Part shown: piece after piece, positions 14,050-27,095 of the stretch
Position numbering within the stretch: the stretch's first letter is position 1
How the letters are laid out: each line of letters begins with the position of its first letter
Assembly (NCBI RefSeq): GCF_963921235.1
Contig: NC_086097.1
Span: forward strand, 184,266,001 to 184,326,000
Source: Mobula hypostoma
Taxonomy: Eukaryota
Direction of reading: 5' to 3'
DNA: 60,000 bases
The notes under the pieces: generated by a model
Seen by the model: only the letters and a program-made list of their open reading frames with translations
The model's database searches: none
What the model was told of the DNA's origin: nothing
Position numbers and translations under genes: made by a program

Positions 14050-14930
14050 CTGTAAGATGCTATAATCTGGAACTAAAAACAAATTGCTGCGTAGAACTCA
14101 GCAGGTCAAGTAGTATCTATAGAGGGAAAGGAATTGTCAGTGTTCAGGATGAGATTCTGCATCAGAACTGCGAGTGTAGAGGGGAGCCGGCGAGGAAGGA
14201 GTAAGACAGGGACCAATAGCTGATAAATGGATTGAGTAGGGGTGAGGGAACCAGGTGAAAGGGGATCTGGTGAGTCAAGTGCATAGGGAGGAAGTGGATG
14301 GCATTGTGAGGGAGGGGGGAGTGCGACAGAATGGGTGATGCGATCTGGAGGAGAGCTATGTTAAAGGGAACAAAGATGAGGCAATCCAAAATGGATCAGA
14401 AGGGAACACAGCAGATAAGGTTACCTGAAACTGGAAATTCCTACGTTAATACCATTGAATTGTAAACTACCTGGCAGAATATGAGATGCTGTTCTTCCAG
14501 TTTGTTTTGAACCTTACCCAGGATATGACGAAGGCCAAGGACAAGCACGACAGTATGAGAAGGGGATGGGAAGTGCTTGGCCTTGCTGATGTAGGGGAGG
14601 CCATGTTGGGAGTCATGAGTTCAATAAATAAGGTTGGAGGAGGTACTTCCGTTTTTTTGTTTTCTCTGTTTTGTTTCCTTTTCTTTTTCTACTTATCACA
14701 AACGTGCCATCATCTCCGATTTACACTCCTATCCGTTCCCACCAAGTTACTACTGCCCATCCTCTCACTCCTCTTCAGTCTACCTATCACCTACTGCTCC
14801 TGCTCCACTCCCCCGATCTCCTATTTATACCAGCTATCTTCTCCCTTCACTCTGTCCTAATGCAGACTCAACCCAAAACATTGACAACGCATTGCAAATG
14901 CCGTTTGACCCACTGTTCCTCAAAGTTTGT
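14050..14930. mobile_element. Two old Penelope-like fragments in opposite orientation (about 14050-14630 minus, 14640-14930 plus)
   Basis: Terminal motif GAACTCAGCAGGTCAAG, then a purine-rich tract, then a pyrimidine-rich mirror ending in CCCAAAACATTGAC. Confidence 0.6.
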
Positions 14931-14939
14931 TTTTTTTAC

Positions 14940-15892
14940 TCAAGTTCAAAGTAAATTTATTATCAAAGTACATACATGTCAACATATACTACCCTAAGAT
15001 TCATTTTCACAATAAATACCGAGAAACAAAGTAGAGTTAATGAAAACTGTACATGAACAGAAACAGACAACCAACCAATGTGTGAAAGACAACAAATATA
15101 ATAAAATAAACAATAAATACTAAGAACATGAATTGTAGAGTTCTGGAAAAAGAGCCTATAGGTTGTCGAATTTGTTCAGTGATGTGAGTGAAGTTATCCA
15201 CTCTGGTTCAAGAGCCTGATGACTGAGGGGTAGTAACTATTCCTCATCCTGGTGGTGTGTGATCGAAGATTCCTGTACCACCTTCCTGATGGCAGCAGCG
15301 AGAAGAGAACACGGCCTGGATGGTGGAGTCCCTGATTATGGATGCTGCTTTCGTGCGATAGCACTCCTTGTAGATGCACAGTGGTAGGGTGGACCAGGCT
15401 GTATCCATTACTTTTTGTAGGTTTTTTCCATTCAAGGGTATTAGCATTTTCATACCAGGCCATAATACAACCAGTCAATATACTCACCACTGTGATCTAA
15501 ACAAGTTTGTTAAAATTTTAGATGACATGCCGGATCTTCGCAAACTTCTAAGAAAATACAGGCACAGCTGTGCCTCTCTGTAATGGCAACCTATATGCCG
15601 GACCCACAGAAATGATGATGCCAAGGAACTTAATACTACTGACCCTCTCCACCTCTGATCCCCTAATGAGTACTGGCTCATGGACCTCCAATTTCCTCCT
15701 CCTGTAGCCAATAATCAGCTCTTTGGTTTTGCTAATAATAAGTGAGAGAATGCTGTTGTGTCACCGTTCAGCCAAATTTTCAGTCTCCATCCTCTATGCT
15801 GATTTGTCATCACCTTCAATTCCTCCAACAACAGTGGTGTCATTAGCAAACTTAAAATATGGCATTGGAGCTGTACTTAGCCACACACTCAT
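14940..15892 (-). mobile_element. Rex1/Babar LINE 3' fragment
   Basis: ORF 15194..15490 has SILTGCIMAWY...LFSLLPSGRWYRNLRSHTTR. ORF 15484..15711 has LYFLRSLRR. Confidence 0.85.
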
Positions 15893-16289
15893 CTGAAAGA
15901 ACATCGATTTAATTTTAGTACTTCTGGAATGTTTATACACCTGTTTAATACCGCCACAAGCAAATTTTATTCTTTTGATTGATCATTATTTTTTGCTTGG
16001 GGGGAGAATAAGATGTGAAAAGATGACTGCAGTCAGATTGTGCACGTGGATTGTCACCATAGCTTAAAACAACACACCACAAATCCTGTTACGTCTGAGA
16101 AAAGTGGTGCAAAATGACATCTGAAATTAAATTGAGATAACTAAAATGTAGTTTACTGAAGGAAAATTGGAAAGTAAAGAACCTTATTAATGATAGTACT
16201 GAAGCAAAATATTTGGGGCTCTGGCAATTTGAAACTTGAACAGGCAATACTGGAAATAGAAGGTCATGACTGAACCATTCAGAAACAGT

Positions 16290-17625
16290 TTTATTATTGA
16301 TGACATGATGTGAAATTTGTTGTTTTGGCAGCAGTTGGTGCAAGTACATAAAATATATAAGTTACAAAAACAAGTTGTGTAAAGAAAGGAATAACAAGAT
16401 GGTGTTCATGGTTCATGGACCATTCAGAAATCTGATGGCAGAGGGGAAGAGGTTGTTCCTAAATCATTAGCTGTGGATTTGTAGGCTTGTGTACCTTCTC
16501 CCTGATGGTAATAACAAGAGGGCATGTCTTGGCTGGTGAACATTCTTTATGATGGACACCACTTCCTTGAGGCATCACCTTCAGAAGCTGTCTGCGTTGG
16601 TGGGAGCGCTGAGGCTGTGATGAACCTAGCTAGGCCTACAACCCTCTTCAGCCTCTTCCAGTCCCGTGCATTGGAATCTCTATTGCAAACAGTCAAATTT
16701 CTACCCACCGTACATCTGTAGAGATTTATAATTCTCCTCAAAGTCCTGATAAAAGTTGTCTACCTTCTTCATGATGTGTTGGGCCCAGATTTGAGCCACT
16801 GAGATATTGATGCCAGGAACTTGAAGCTGCTCAACCATTCCACCGCAGACTTCTGAATGAGGGTTGGTGTATGTTATCCCAATGTCAACTTCTGAAGTCT
16901 ACCATCAGTTCCTTGGTCTTGCTGATGTTGAGTGCAGGGTTTCTGTGACACCACTCAACCAGCTGATCTGTCTCACTCCTGTAAGTCACGTTGTCATCAT
17001 CTGAGATTCTGCCAACAACAGTGCTGTCATTGGTGAATTTATAGATTATGTTTGAGCTGTGCTTAGTCACACAGTTACGAGTGTGGAAGGAGAGGAGCAG
17101 TGGCTGAAGCACACAACCTTGACATGCACCTGTATTAATAGTAAGGAAGAGGTGTTCTGCCTATGGTTTCCCAATAAGAAATCAAAGATCCACTTGCAGA
17201 GGAGGTACAGAGTCCCAGGTTTTGTGGCTTGGTTATCAGAACTGAGGGAAAGGTGTAATCAGTGAACAGTAGCCTGACAAATGTCTTGCAGTTGTCTCGG
17301 TGCTCTCAAAAAGAGTGGAGAGCCAGTGAGATTGTGTCTGGCGCAGACCTGACACATTACATCAATAGACAAATTACATCAGGTCGAGGACCTTGCTCAG
17401 GCAGAAGTTAATTCCAGTCATAGCCAACCTTTCGAAGCATTTCATATGAGTGCTACTGGGTGATTGCTATTAAGGCAGCACACCTTGCTCGTCTTGAGAA
17501 CTTAAGTGATTGCTGTTCTTTTGAAGTAGGCAGGAATCTCAGACTGCTACATGGAGACGTTGAGGAGGTCCTTGAATACTCCAGCCAGTGTTTGATACAG
17601 GTTTTCAGTTCCCGGCCAGGTACCA
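16290..17625 (-). mobile_element. Older Rex1/Babar LINE fragment
   Basis: ORF 16885..17112 has IYKFTNDSTVVGRI...LNISKTKELMVDFR, a decayed FADD motif. Confidence 0.8.
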
Positions 17626-18009
17626 TTCATCAGAAATATAAAAGGTTAGAGATTTAGTAAATTTTAAGGGAGAAAGAAAGGGATTTTGAAGGAATAAAAT
17701 GGAATGTTTTCCTGTCCGATTCAAGGGAGAAAATGACCAAAGGTCTTTACTTCAAGAGGTTAAATATCATTTTAGTTCTCCACACATCTCCTATTCAGAC
17801 CTCGCTGTCCTTAGCTGCTGACACTATTTCAACAAAGTATTGCATAAGCTTGAATAGCAGCATAACATTGTCCAACTTGGCACAGTACAATTTTTTAACT
17901 CTATCATATTCCTTATTTTCTGTTCTTTCTGTTGATCTTCATTTTCTCTTAAACTTAAAATGTAGTTTATTTCTAAGATACTAAGTCAGTCTCTCTCTTT
18001 CTCTCCCCA

Positions 18010-20585
18010 TGTTGAATCTTTGTGGGTGGAGTTAAGAAATAGCAAGGGTGAAAAAAGAGTTATGGGAATCATATACAGGCCTCCAAATAGTAGCTAAGAT
18101 GTGGGGTTGAGATTGCAAAGGGAGCTGACAAAGGTATGTACTAAAGGTAACAATTGTATTGGGGGACTTCAATATGCAAGGGGATTGGGAAAATCAGGTT
18201 GGTGTCGGAACACAAGAGAGAGAATTTGTTGAATGCCTTTTTAGAGCAGTTTGTGCTTGAGATTACTCAGGGAAATACTATCTTAGATTGGGTGTTGTGT
18301 AATAACCCAGATCTTATTAGGGAGCTTAACGTAAAGGAACCCTTGGGAGACAGTGATCATAATATAATTGAATTCATACTGCAATTTAAGAGAGAGAAGT
18401 ATGACTCACACGTATCTGTATTGCAATGGAATAAAAGGAATTACAGAGTCATGAGACAGCAGCTTGCCCAGGTGGATTGGAGGAGGATATTGGTGGGGAT
18501 GACAGCAGAGCAGGGATGGTTGATGTTTCTGGGAATAGTTCACAAGGTGCAGGATAGATATGCCCCACACAGGAATAAGTTCTCAAATGGCAGGTGTAGG
18601 CAATCATGGCTGATGAAGGAAGTTAAGGACTGCATAAGAGCCAAGGAAAAGGGAAATAAAGGTAGCAAACGTGAGTGGGAAGTTGGATAATTGGGAAGCT
18701 TTTAAAATCTAACAAAAGGCAACTAAAACACTATAAGAAGGGAAAAATGAAATATGAGAGCAGACTAGCCAATAATATAGCGCAAGATACCTAAAGTTTT
18801 TCTCAGTTATATAAAGAATAAAAGAGAGTTGAGAGTTGATAATGGAACACTGGAAAATGATGCTGTAGATAGTAATGGGGACAAAGAAATGGCAGATGAA
18901 CTTAATGGGTACTTTGCATCTTTCTTCACTGTGGAAGAAACTAGCAGTGTGTCAGAGGTCTGTGAGTGTAAGGGAGCAGGAGTGAGTGCCTTTGCTATTA
19001 CAAGGGAAAAGGTGCTGGGCAAACTCAAAGGTCTTAAAGTGGATAAATCACCTGGACCAAATGGACTACATCCCAGAGTCCTGAGAGAGGTTGCTGAAGA
19101 AGTTAGATGCATTGATCATGATCTTTCAAGAATCACTTGATTCTGGCATGGTCCAGAGGGCAGGAAAATTGCAAATGTCACTTCACTCTTTAAGAAGGAG
19201 GAAGTCAGAAGAAAGGAAAATATAGGCCATTTAGCCTAACCTTAGTGCTTAGGAAAATGTTGGAGTCCATTATTAAGGATGAGGTTTCAGGGTACTTGGG
19301 GACTAATGACAAAGTAAGTCAAAGTCACATGGTTTCTGTTAAGGGACATCTTGCCAGACAAATCTGTTAGAGTTCTTCGAGGAAGTAACAAGCAGGGTAG
19401 ACAAAGGAGAGGGATTGGATGTTATTTACTTGGATGCCACAAATGAGGCTGGTTAATAAGATAAAATCCTGTGGTGTTACAGGAGAGATACTAACATGGT
19501 AGCAAAATGGCTGACAGGCAGGAGGCAGTAAGTGGGAATAAAAAGTGCCTTTTCTGGTTGGGTGTCAATGACGAGTGGTGTTCCTCAGGGGTCAGTATTG
19601 GGACCGCTACTTTTCACAGTGTCAGTGGTTTAGGTAGTGGAATTGATGGCTTTGTGGCAAAGTTTGCAGATGATACAAAGATAGATGGGGGTAGATAGTG
19701 CTGAGGAAGCAATGTAATTGCAGCAGAACTTAGACAAATTAGGAGAATGGGCAAAAAAGTGACAGATGGAATACATTGTTGGGAAATGCATGATAATGCA
19801 TTCTGGTAAAAGGAACAATAGTGCAGATGATTATCTAAATGGGGAGAAGGTTCAAACATCAGAAGTGTAAAGGGACTTAGGAGTTCTTGTGCAAGACTCC
19901 CAGAAGGTTTATTTACAAGTTGATTCTGTGGTAAAGAAAGAAAAAGCAATGTTGGCATTTATTTCAAGGGGAATAGAATGTAAAAACAAGGAGATAATGC
20001 TGAGCCTTTATAAGACATTAGTCAGGCTGCACTTGGAGTACTGTCAACAGTTTTGGACCCCATATCTGAGAAAGGTTGTGTTGTCATTGGGGATAGTCCA
20101 GTCAAAGTTCTTGAGGATGATTCCAGGAATGAAGGGGTTAACATATGAGGAGCATTTGGCAGCTTTGGGCCTGTACTCACTGGAATTTAGAAGAATGCAG
20201 GGAATCTCATTGAAACCTATCAAATATTGAAAGGGCTAGATAGGATGGATGTGGAGATGATGTTTCCTCTAGTGAGGTATCCAGAACTGGAGGGTATAGC
20301 CTCAAAATTGAGGGGTGACCCTTTAGAACAGAGGATTGGTGGAATTTTTCTAGCCGGAGAGTAGTAAATCTATGGAATGCTCTGCCACAGACTGCAGTGG
20401 AGGCCAAGTCTGTGTGTATATTTAAGGCGGAAGTTGATCGTTTTGTGACCATTAAGGCATCAAAAGATATGGTGAGAAGGCAGGTGTGCGGGGTTGAGTG
20501 GGATCCAGGATCAGCCATGATGAAATGGCAGAGCAGACTCAATGGGCTGAATGGTTTAATTCTGCTCCTATGTCTCCTGGTCCAA
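18010..20585 (+). mobile_element. CR1 LINE ORF2 (endonuclease end, RT, 3' tail), degenerate
   Basis: EN motif LGDSDHN (18154..18690); KSPGPNGLHPRVL; KFADDTKI; LGLYSLEFRR; CR1 tail at about 20510-20585. Confidence 0.93.
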
Positions 20586-22509
20586 GCATAGTCTATGTGG
20601 AGTCAATTGCAACAGCATGGAGTTCTTCAAATTACCAAAGTCCATTGTCACAAGGGAAAGATTACTATCTGAGTTTGAATCCAAAATTTCTTCTATATTT
20701 TAGGATGATTTAGAGCAGAGGTTATCAACGATCAAAGAAATGATACAGCAGGAAGATCCAGATTCCTTCTCTGTGGCCCAAGTTCTGCTTTAGCCTTTGG
20801 CTGCAGAATAACTCTACTTTTTGGGGCTACTAATCCAGTAAGTTTACATGGTGGTGAATATCAACTATGCCCAAGGCTTAACGTCTTTGAGGAAAATCCA
20901 GCAGCCTCCTAAAACTCCCTGAGGCATACTTTACCCGTGTAATTTTGTATTTTTATAAATATTCTTTATTTCGATAAAATTAGTGACCCATCAATATTGT
21001 ATGGTTTTACATGGTCATGGTCATACAGGAATGTGTTATTTTCCACATTGTACAGATTCGTTCATCAAGTTACCTAGAAATAAAGTTAATCAGTTTATTA
21101 CAGTCAACACTCAGCAGAAGCCTTCTCATATGAAAAAACAAGAATATTAGAAATGGCCATGGCACTGTATCTGCGAATTGCAGTGGTTATTTCAAATACT
21201 CCTGCTGTCCACTGGGCTCAGCAGATGGAGTTTGCAGTTGTGTGTCACTTGTTTATTACATCCTGAAAAGATTAGTAGCTATGTGGCCAGATGGGTCTGT
21301 GAGCACAGCTGTGGATACAGGAAAATAAATGGAAGCTCTCTTGCACAGTCTTAGCCTCTTGAGATGTATGAATGTAGCGATTAGAACAAAAAAAAAGCCT
21401 AAGTAGTCTATGGATGTTTTTCTTACAGATAAACTGTCCCTAAATGGATATAAACATTACAGTAGTTGAACATTATATCGAGTTTGTGTGAATTAGTTGC
21501 GATATATTTTTGATATTACAGGACAGTACAGCCCTTTGATCGTGCTATTATTTCCTATTTTCTTAACCTTATACTCTGTCAAAACTGTAGCTTGTGGGTT
21601 TTTCCACAAACTCACATTCTTTTCAACAGCCATCTGTTCTGATGAACCATCAGTCAGGGTAGAAGAGTCCTCACACTTCTCATTTTAAAGTTAGGCCCTT
21701 GTCTCTTTCTAAGTTTGTTAGCTTGTTGCCCTACAATATTCCAGCTGGTAGTCCAACTCAAAGCACACTAAACTCTCCCAGAGATGGAAGACTTGTTAAA
21801 AACAGATGTGATTCAAAATCATTCTGGTGGAAATTTGTATTTTGTGTATTATGATCAGGACCCTTTGATCGCATCAATTCTGTCAGTGCTATTGAAGTTT
21901 GACACCTTTTAATGACTTGTGAGTCTGTTAAAGTTTGGGCAAGTCGGCTTTGTATTCTGCATATTATTACGTATTTTTGGGGTACAATCTGATAACAGAA
22001 TTTAGATAATGATTACACATTTAAACAGCCTCCTCCCAGAAGTAAATGGGTGAGGACCACATGCATTTAAACATCTGCCAATAGATTACACCATAGGAAA
22101 CTTGTGGTTTTATAAACCCCATTCTCTAGTTGTACTTCACTGCCTTGCATCTCTTCTGTCCCAGTCCAGTTCAGAAATAGACCATACTAATCTTCACAAT
22201 AGGAGCCTCCCACTTAAGTAGGAGCTAAATCAGCACATGTATTCCTTTTGTCACAAGCTGACGGGTCCCTGGGCACTTAAAAATATCCTTTATGGACCCA
22301 TTTTCAAGCTCAGTTTTTAAAAGAAAATATTCACAATATGTAGATTGTTGATTCTAGTTAAGCTGTGGAACTATTTAGCTCTCAATACATAACTGCTGTA
22401 ATTTTAAGTATATTATTTTAGTGCTTTAATGCAGCAGTGAGTTTGTTAGAGTAGCCAATCATGTTGATGTGTTATGAAGTCACGTTTTCCTGCTGTGCAA
22501 ATTCCAACT

Positions 22510-22600
22510 AAGGGCCTTTGTCCTGAAGCATTAACTCTATTCTCACTCTACAGATTTTGCCTGGCATGCTGAGTACTTCCAGCATTTTCTGTGTGGTTTT
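22510..22600 (+). mobile_element. Highly decayed Penelope-like terminus
   Basis: TGCCTGGCATGCTGAGTACTTCCAGCATTTTCTGTGT. Confidence 0.55.
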
Positions 22601-23174
22601 TTTTTAAATTTTGGTTCAGATTGTACTCATACAACACATTCTTCATGATAGAAATGACAGGAACCAGCAAGGTAAAAGTACAAAGAAATGGAAATTAGAT
22701 AAATACTGGGTTGTTACATCATGAGCAGGAATGTCTACTGCTGAAAATCTCACTTTTGACAGAAAGTTCAATTGGTCTCAGGACATACCCTGGTAAAATA
22801 TTGAAGATACAAGGGCAAGTAAAATGCAACATTTTTAATAGTGATAAACATCATTAGAATTGTTAATAGTCTTAGCTTACAACTTAGGAAGGCTGACAAC
22901 CTTAGGCAAGAATTGGTTAAGAAAATTGCATGTGTTTACTGTTCAGACTGAACCAGGCTGAGGATTCTGACACAGATAGGGAGAACCCAACATACACCTT
23001 GTGAGTGCTGACTTTCCAGTCATGGCTTCAGAAAACCATGAGACAAGACAGCCAGACAGACTTCTGAAGTGATACAATAAATATCTTCTCAGTGATTAGA
23101 CCAGTTCATATCCAAACATTGATATGCAACCATTTTACAATAAAATATTCAAGTGTTCGACTGATGGAATTCCT

Positions 23175-23395
23175 GTGTAATTCTCTGCCACAGGAAACAG
23201 TTGAGGCCAGTTCATTGGCTAAATTTAAGAGGGAGTTAGATATGGCCCTTGTGGCTAAAGGGATCAGGGGTATGGAGGGAAGGCTGGTACAGGGTTCTGA
23301 GTTGGATGATCAGCCATGATCATACTGAATGGCGGTGCAGGCTCGAAGGGCCGAATGGCCTACTCCTGCACCTATTTTCTATGTTTCTATGTCTA
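23175..23395 (+). mobile_element. Young CR1 3' tip, same subfamily as the 30.3-32.2 kb copy
   Basis: Near-identical to 32040-32255; (TTTCTATG)n tail. Confidence 0.9.
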
Positions 23396-23441
23396 TGTAT
23401 GATGAAGGATACCTAAAATAGGGAGGTAAAATGATCATTCA

Positions 23442-24100
23442 CAGGTTGACTCTGTGGTTAAGAAGGCATACGGTGCATTGTCCTTCATTAACCGTGGGAT
23501 TGAGTTTAAGAGCCAAGAGGTAATGCTACAACTATATAGGATCCCGGTCAGGCCCCACTTGGAGAACTGTGCTCAGTTCTGGTCACCTCACTGCAGGAAG
23601 GATGTGGACACTATAGAAAGGGTGCAGAGGAGATTTACAAGGATGTTGCCTGGATTGGGGAGCATGCCTTATGAGAACAGGTTGAGTGAACTTGGCCTTT
23701 TCTCCTTGGAGCAACGGAGAATAAGAGGTGACCTGATAGAGGTGTACAAGATGGTGAGAGGCATTGATCATGTGGATAGTCAGAGGCTTTTTCCCCAGGG
23801 CTGAAATGGCTAACATGACAGGGCACAGTTTTAAGGTGCTTGGAAGTAGGTTCAAGGGGGATGTCAGGGGCAAGTTTTTTATGCAGAGAGTTGTGAATGT
23901 GTGGAATGGGCTGCCAGTGACGGTGGTGGAGGCAGATACAATAGGGTATTTTAAGAGACTCCTGGATAGGTACATGGAGCTTAGAAAAATAGAGGGCTAT
24001 GGGTAACCCTAGGTAATTTCTAAAATAAGTACATGTTCGGCACAACATTGTGGGCCAAAGGGCCTGTATTGTGCTGTAGGTTTTCTATGTTTCTATATTT
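23442..24100 (+). mobile_element. CR1 LINE 3' fragment
   Basis: ORFs 23454..23804 and 23764..24006 have RPHLENCAQFWSP and FFMQRVVNVWNGLP; TTTCTATG tail. Confidence 0.92.
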
Positions 24101-24299
24101 CTTTCTAATAGCTTGAGACATTATATCAATGAAACTGAGAACATAATATGAAAGCTGTTCCCAGAAGCTTTATTTGATAGCCAAGTATTAAAGTAGTTCT
24201 GGGAAAATTTGGTGTCAACACTTGAGTCTGTGAATAGCGCAGGGCAAAATCGTCAAAGACAGCCATACATAAGTAAAGATGGCCAATGCAACCATTTCC

Positions 24300-24950
24300 A
24301 TGAGGTCACATTGTTTTTGACAGAGGGCTTGCTGGTCGTTACTGATGGTGATTCTAAATAGATTTGATTTCGGTACATGAGATCACGCATATTGATCAAA
24401 TGTACAATTGAGAAGTTAAGAGTGATTTGTGTAACTTATAGTCTACCTGATGATTTAGTGTCAGACAAAGGACTTTAATTGTTTCAATGTTTCATTTGGT
24501 GCAAGGATATCGAGCGATTATTAAAAATCCAGCCACTAAAGGTGGAGCTGAAAGGAAGGCTTTGAAGAGACAAATTTCGTTCAAGGTTGTTCAAATTTAA
24601 CACGAGTCATTGCTAAGTTATCTTCCTACCTAAGTATTCATGCAATATGGTGACAGGGTTCTGTGACGCAGTTCAAACTGACAGAGCATTTGATATATAG
24701 ACAATTTTAATCTTACACCATCACTTGAAGGAGAGAGTGGAGCTATAGCAGTTTAAACAAAAACAAAATCATAATTTTCAACCTAACAGTTCATCAGGAC
24801 TGTGCCAAGAGAAGCAGGTCAGGCAGCAAGAGTGTGAGTGTTAAACGTGACAAACAGGAATACTGCACAGAAGTGGATTATTGGTGAAGTACTTCGAATT
24901 AGAAGTAATAAATCATACGTGACTGGGGTAAAGCGTGGGGTGGGAATCTG
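24300..24950 (+). mobile_element. Ancient Gypsy-like integrase remnant
   Basis: 24407-24475 translates to IEKLRVICVTYSLPDDLVSDKGL, and about 24526 to NPATKGGAER. These resemble the integrase core motifs GLPxxLVSDNG and HPxxNGxAER. Confidence 0.6.
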
Positions 24951-26264
24951 CATGTAACATAGCAGAAAATACAAAAAAAGTAAGTGATCATAAATTTATT
25001 CCCAAAATGGATGTAGAAAAAAGCTACAGTAAAGGATATGTGTCAGTGTAGAATTGAGACAATATTTTACATTTTGGTCAGATCAGGCAGTGAATATAAA
25101 GTCAACAGTGATAAAGCAGATTAATACAATCTGCAATAGCTGTTTACATGTAAAACCCTCTTTCAGAGAGAGAAAGTGGTGTTATATTTGTTTGTAGACA
25201 CGCAAGTGGGACACACGTGCTTGTGATGTTATGGGTAATAGTTATTGCTAGTATACAGTACAATATACACACCTATTCTGAAGATATTGAATCTCCACGA
25301 GATTTTTATAGATAGTAATTAAAAATTCTACAAGATTGGCTCACAGACCACTTCCAAATTAAATACACTTGTGGCTGACAAATATTTGGAAAAAAATGTT
25401 AGCTTTATAGAAGGACTGTATATCCCCCTGTGATAAATATGTAAAATTCATTAATGTTATTGGTTTCTAAGTTACGTAATATTAGAATATTGCCATTCTG
25501 ATCTTTTTTTACAATTTCTGTTCTGACAATTGTCATTAGTATTAGTCACAATCCCCAGTTCCATTAAGTAATAAAAATGAAACGTTTAATATTGCATAAT
25601 CACAGCATCTTACCAATAGCTTCATATCATGGAGAGCATTGAGTATTAAAATATTCCTTTACAGTATAATCACCGTATTTGGATGTGAGCAGCATGCTTC
25701 CATTTTTTCCCCTTGCCAGTGAAAACAAGTTTATTTTAGAGTAAATTGCTTTAACAATTATATAAAGCTAGAAAGAATATTTGACATTAAACTGGATGTT
25801 GCATGAAATCTCGTTACATTCCGTACTGATAGATGAAAACAGATGAGTATTTGAATGCATATTACCGATAGAAATCCGGGCATCTCCTTATGTTTTATGC
25901 AAAATAAGGGTCTTCCCTTTGTACCGGGGCAACCCTTCCTGTTTGCTGCACATGCAAGTATGGTTTTCAGGAATGGTATATTCTTCTTTGCCAAGGCAAA
26001 ATCATTCTACAGTTATTTTCAGAATAAACATCTGGAAATATGCATGTTTGTTTCAGTGGTTATTTCTTTGGAAAATAATCTGTCACAGCCTCATGTAGAG
26101 AGTTATATAATATAAACAATTTAATTGTTAACATTCAGAAATAAAATGCATCCTGTTTGTTTCTGAAAAATATCCACTTGGAGTAAACAAATTTTATTTC
26201 AATATCAGTAACAGTCCAGATGTTTGTTCAATGTTAATATTTATATGTTTTTCTATTTTTGTAG

Positions 26265-26378
26265 GATGTGACACTCATCATTGCGGCTATGGTGATTTTA
26301 CTTGTGGCTATTTATGGTTTCTTTTATCTGAAACTCACCACAGAGGTTGATCTTAATCCAGATCTGGATGAAAATTAA
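26265..26378 (+). CDS. TRIQK: TRIQK last coding exon (114 nt incl. TAA): DVTLIIAAMVILLVAIYGFFYLKLTTEVDLNPDLDEN*, a transmembrane helix plus acidic tail
   Basis: Acceptor TTTTTCTATTTTTGTAG ends at 26264. The hydrophobic segment, YxFFYLxLTT motif and acidic C-terminus match TRIQK. The intervening intron is 11212-26264. Confidence 0.95.
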   Translation, partial: DVTLIIAAMVILLVAIYGFFYLKLTTEVDLNPDLDEN

Positions 26379-26424
26379 CAATAGAATGGTTCTTTCAAGG
26401 ATACATAATCCTCTGTGAAGCATA

Positions 26425-26430
26425 AATAAA
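26425..26430 (+). promoter_or_regulatory. Candidate proximal poly(A) signal for TRIQK; distal AATAAA candidates at 27505 and 27675
   Basis: AATAAA about 47 nt after the stop codon. Usage is unknown and the hexamer is common in AT-rich DNA. Confidence 0.35.
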
Positions 26431-26605
26431 CCACTGGGGTTTATAGATGGATGTTGGACTACAAAGGAAGCATATATGACTTTTCAGGTTTCGTATACCA
26501 AGATTTACTTTCAACAAATTCAGCAGATTTACAAGCCAAGTCATGTGCTCAAAGGAGTGCATTTCAGAATATTTTAATTGGTGCTCATTAATTTTTGAAA
26601 ATTCA

Positions 26606-26789
26606 TCAAAGTTGCTGGTGAACGCAGCAGGCCAGGCAGCATCTCTCGGAAGAGGCATAGTCGACGTTTCGGGCCGAGGCCCTTCGTCAGGACTAATCCT
26701 GGAGATGCTGCCTGGCCTGCTGCGTTCACCAGCAACTTTGATGTGTGTCGCTTGAATTTCCAGCATCTGCAGAATTCCTCATGTTTACG
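26606..26789. mobile_element. Fold-back Penelope-derived mini-element 1
   Basis: Perfect 42-bp inverted arms at 26604-26645 and 26702-26743; 13-bp TSD TTTTGAAAATTCA at 26593-26605 and 26790-26802. Confidence 0.88.
26658..26695 (-). ncRNA. Minimal type I hammerhead ribozyme motif
   Basis: Minus strand reads TAGTC-CTGACGA-A-GGGC-CTCG-GCCC-GAAAC-GTC-GACTA: 5-bp stem I, 4-bp stem II, loopless palindromic ACGT stem III. Confidence 0.7.
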
Positions 26790-26876
26790 TTTTGAAAATT
26801 CAGTTTTGTTTTGAAAAGCTGAGCAGTATATGGCATGAATGCTCTGGTTCAATCAGAAACCTGTACTGACATGTTC

Positions 26877-27095
26877 GATGCAAACAACAGGAATTCTGCA
26901 GATGCTGGAAATTCAAGCAACACACATAAAAGTTGCTGGTGAACGCAGCAGGCCAGGCAGCATCTCTAGGAAGAGGTGCAGTCGACGTTTCAGGCCGAGT
27001 CCTGACGAAGGGTCTCGGCCTGAAACGTCGACTGCACCTCTTCCTAGAGATGCTGCCTGGCCTGCTGCGTTCACCAGCAACTTTTATGTGTGTTG
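26877..27095. mobile_element. Fold-back Penelope-derived mini-element 2
   Basis: Perfect 84-bp inverted arms at 26916-26999 and 27014-27097 with a 14-nt spacer; 11-bp TSD CTGACATGTTC at 26866-26876 and 27096-27106. Confidence 0.9.
26998..27033 (+). ncRNA. Minimal type I hammerhead ribozyme motif, sense to TRIQK
   Basis: AGTC-CTGACGA-AGGGTCTCGGCCT-GAAAC-GTC-GACT; predicted cleavage after C27029. Confidence 0.68.
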
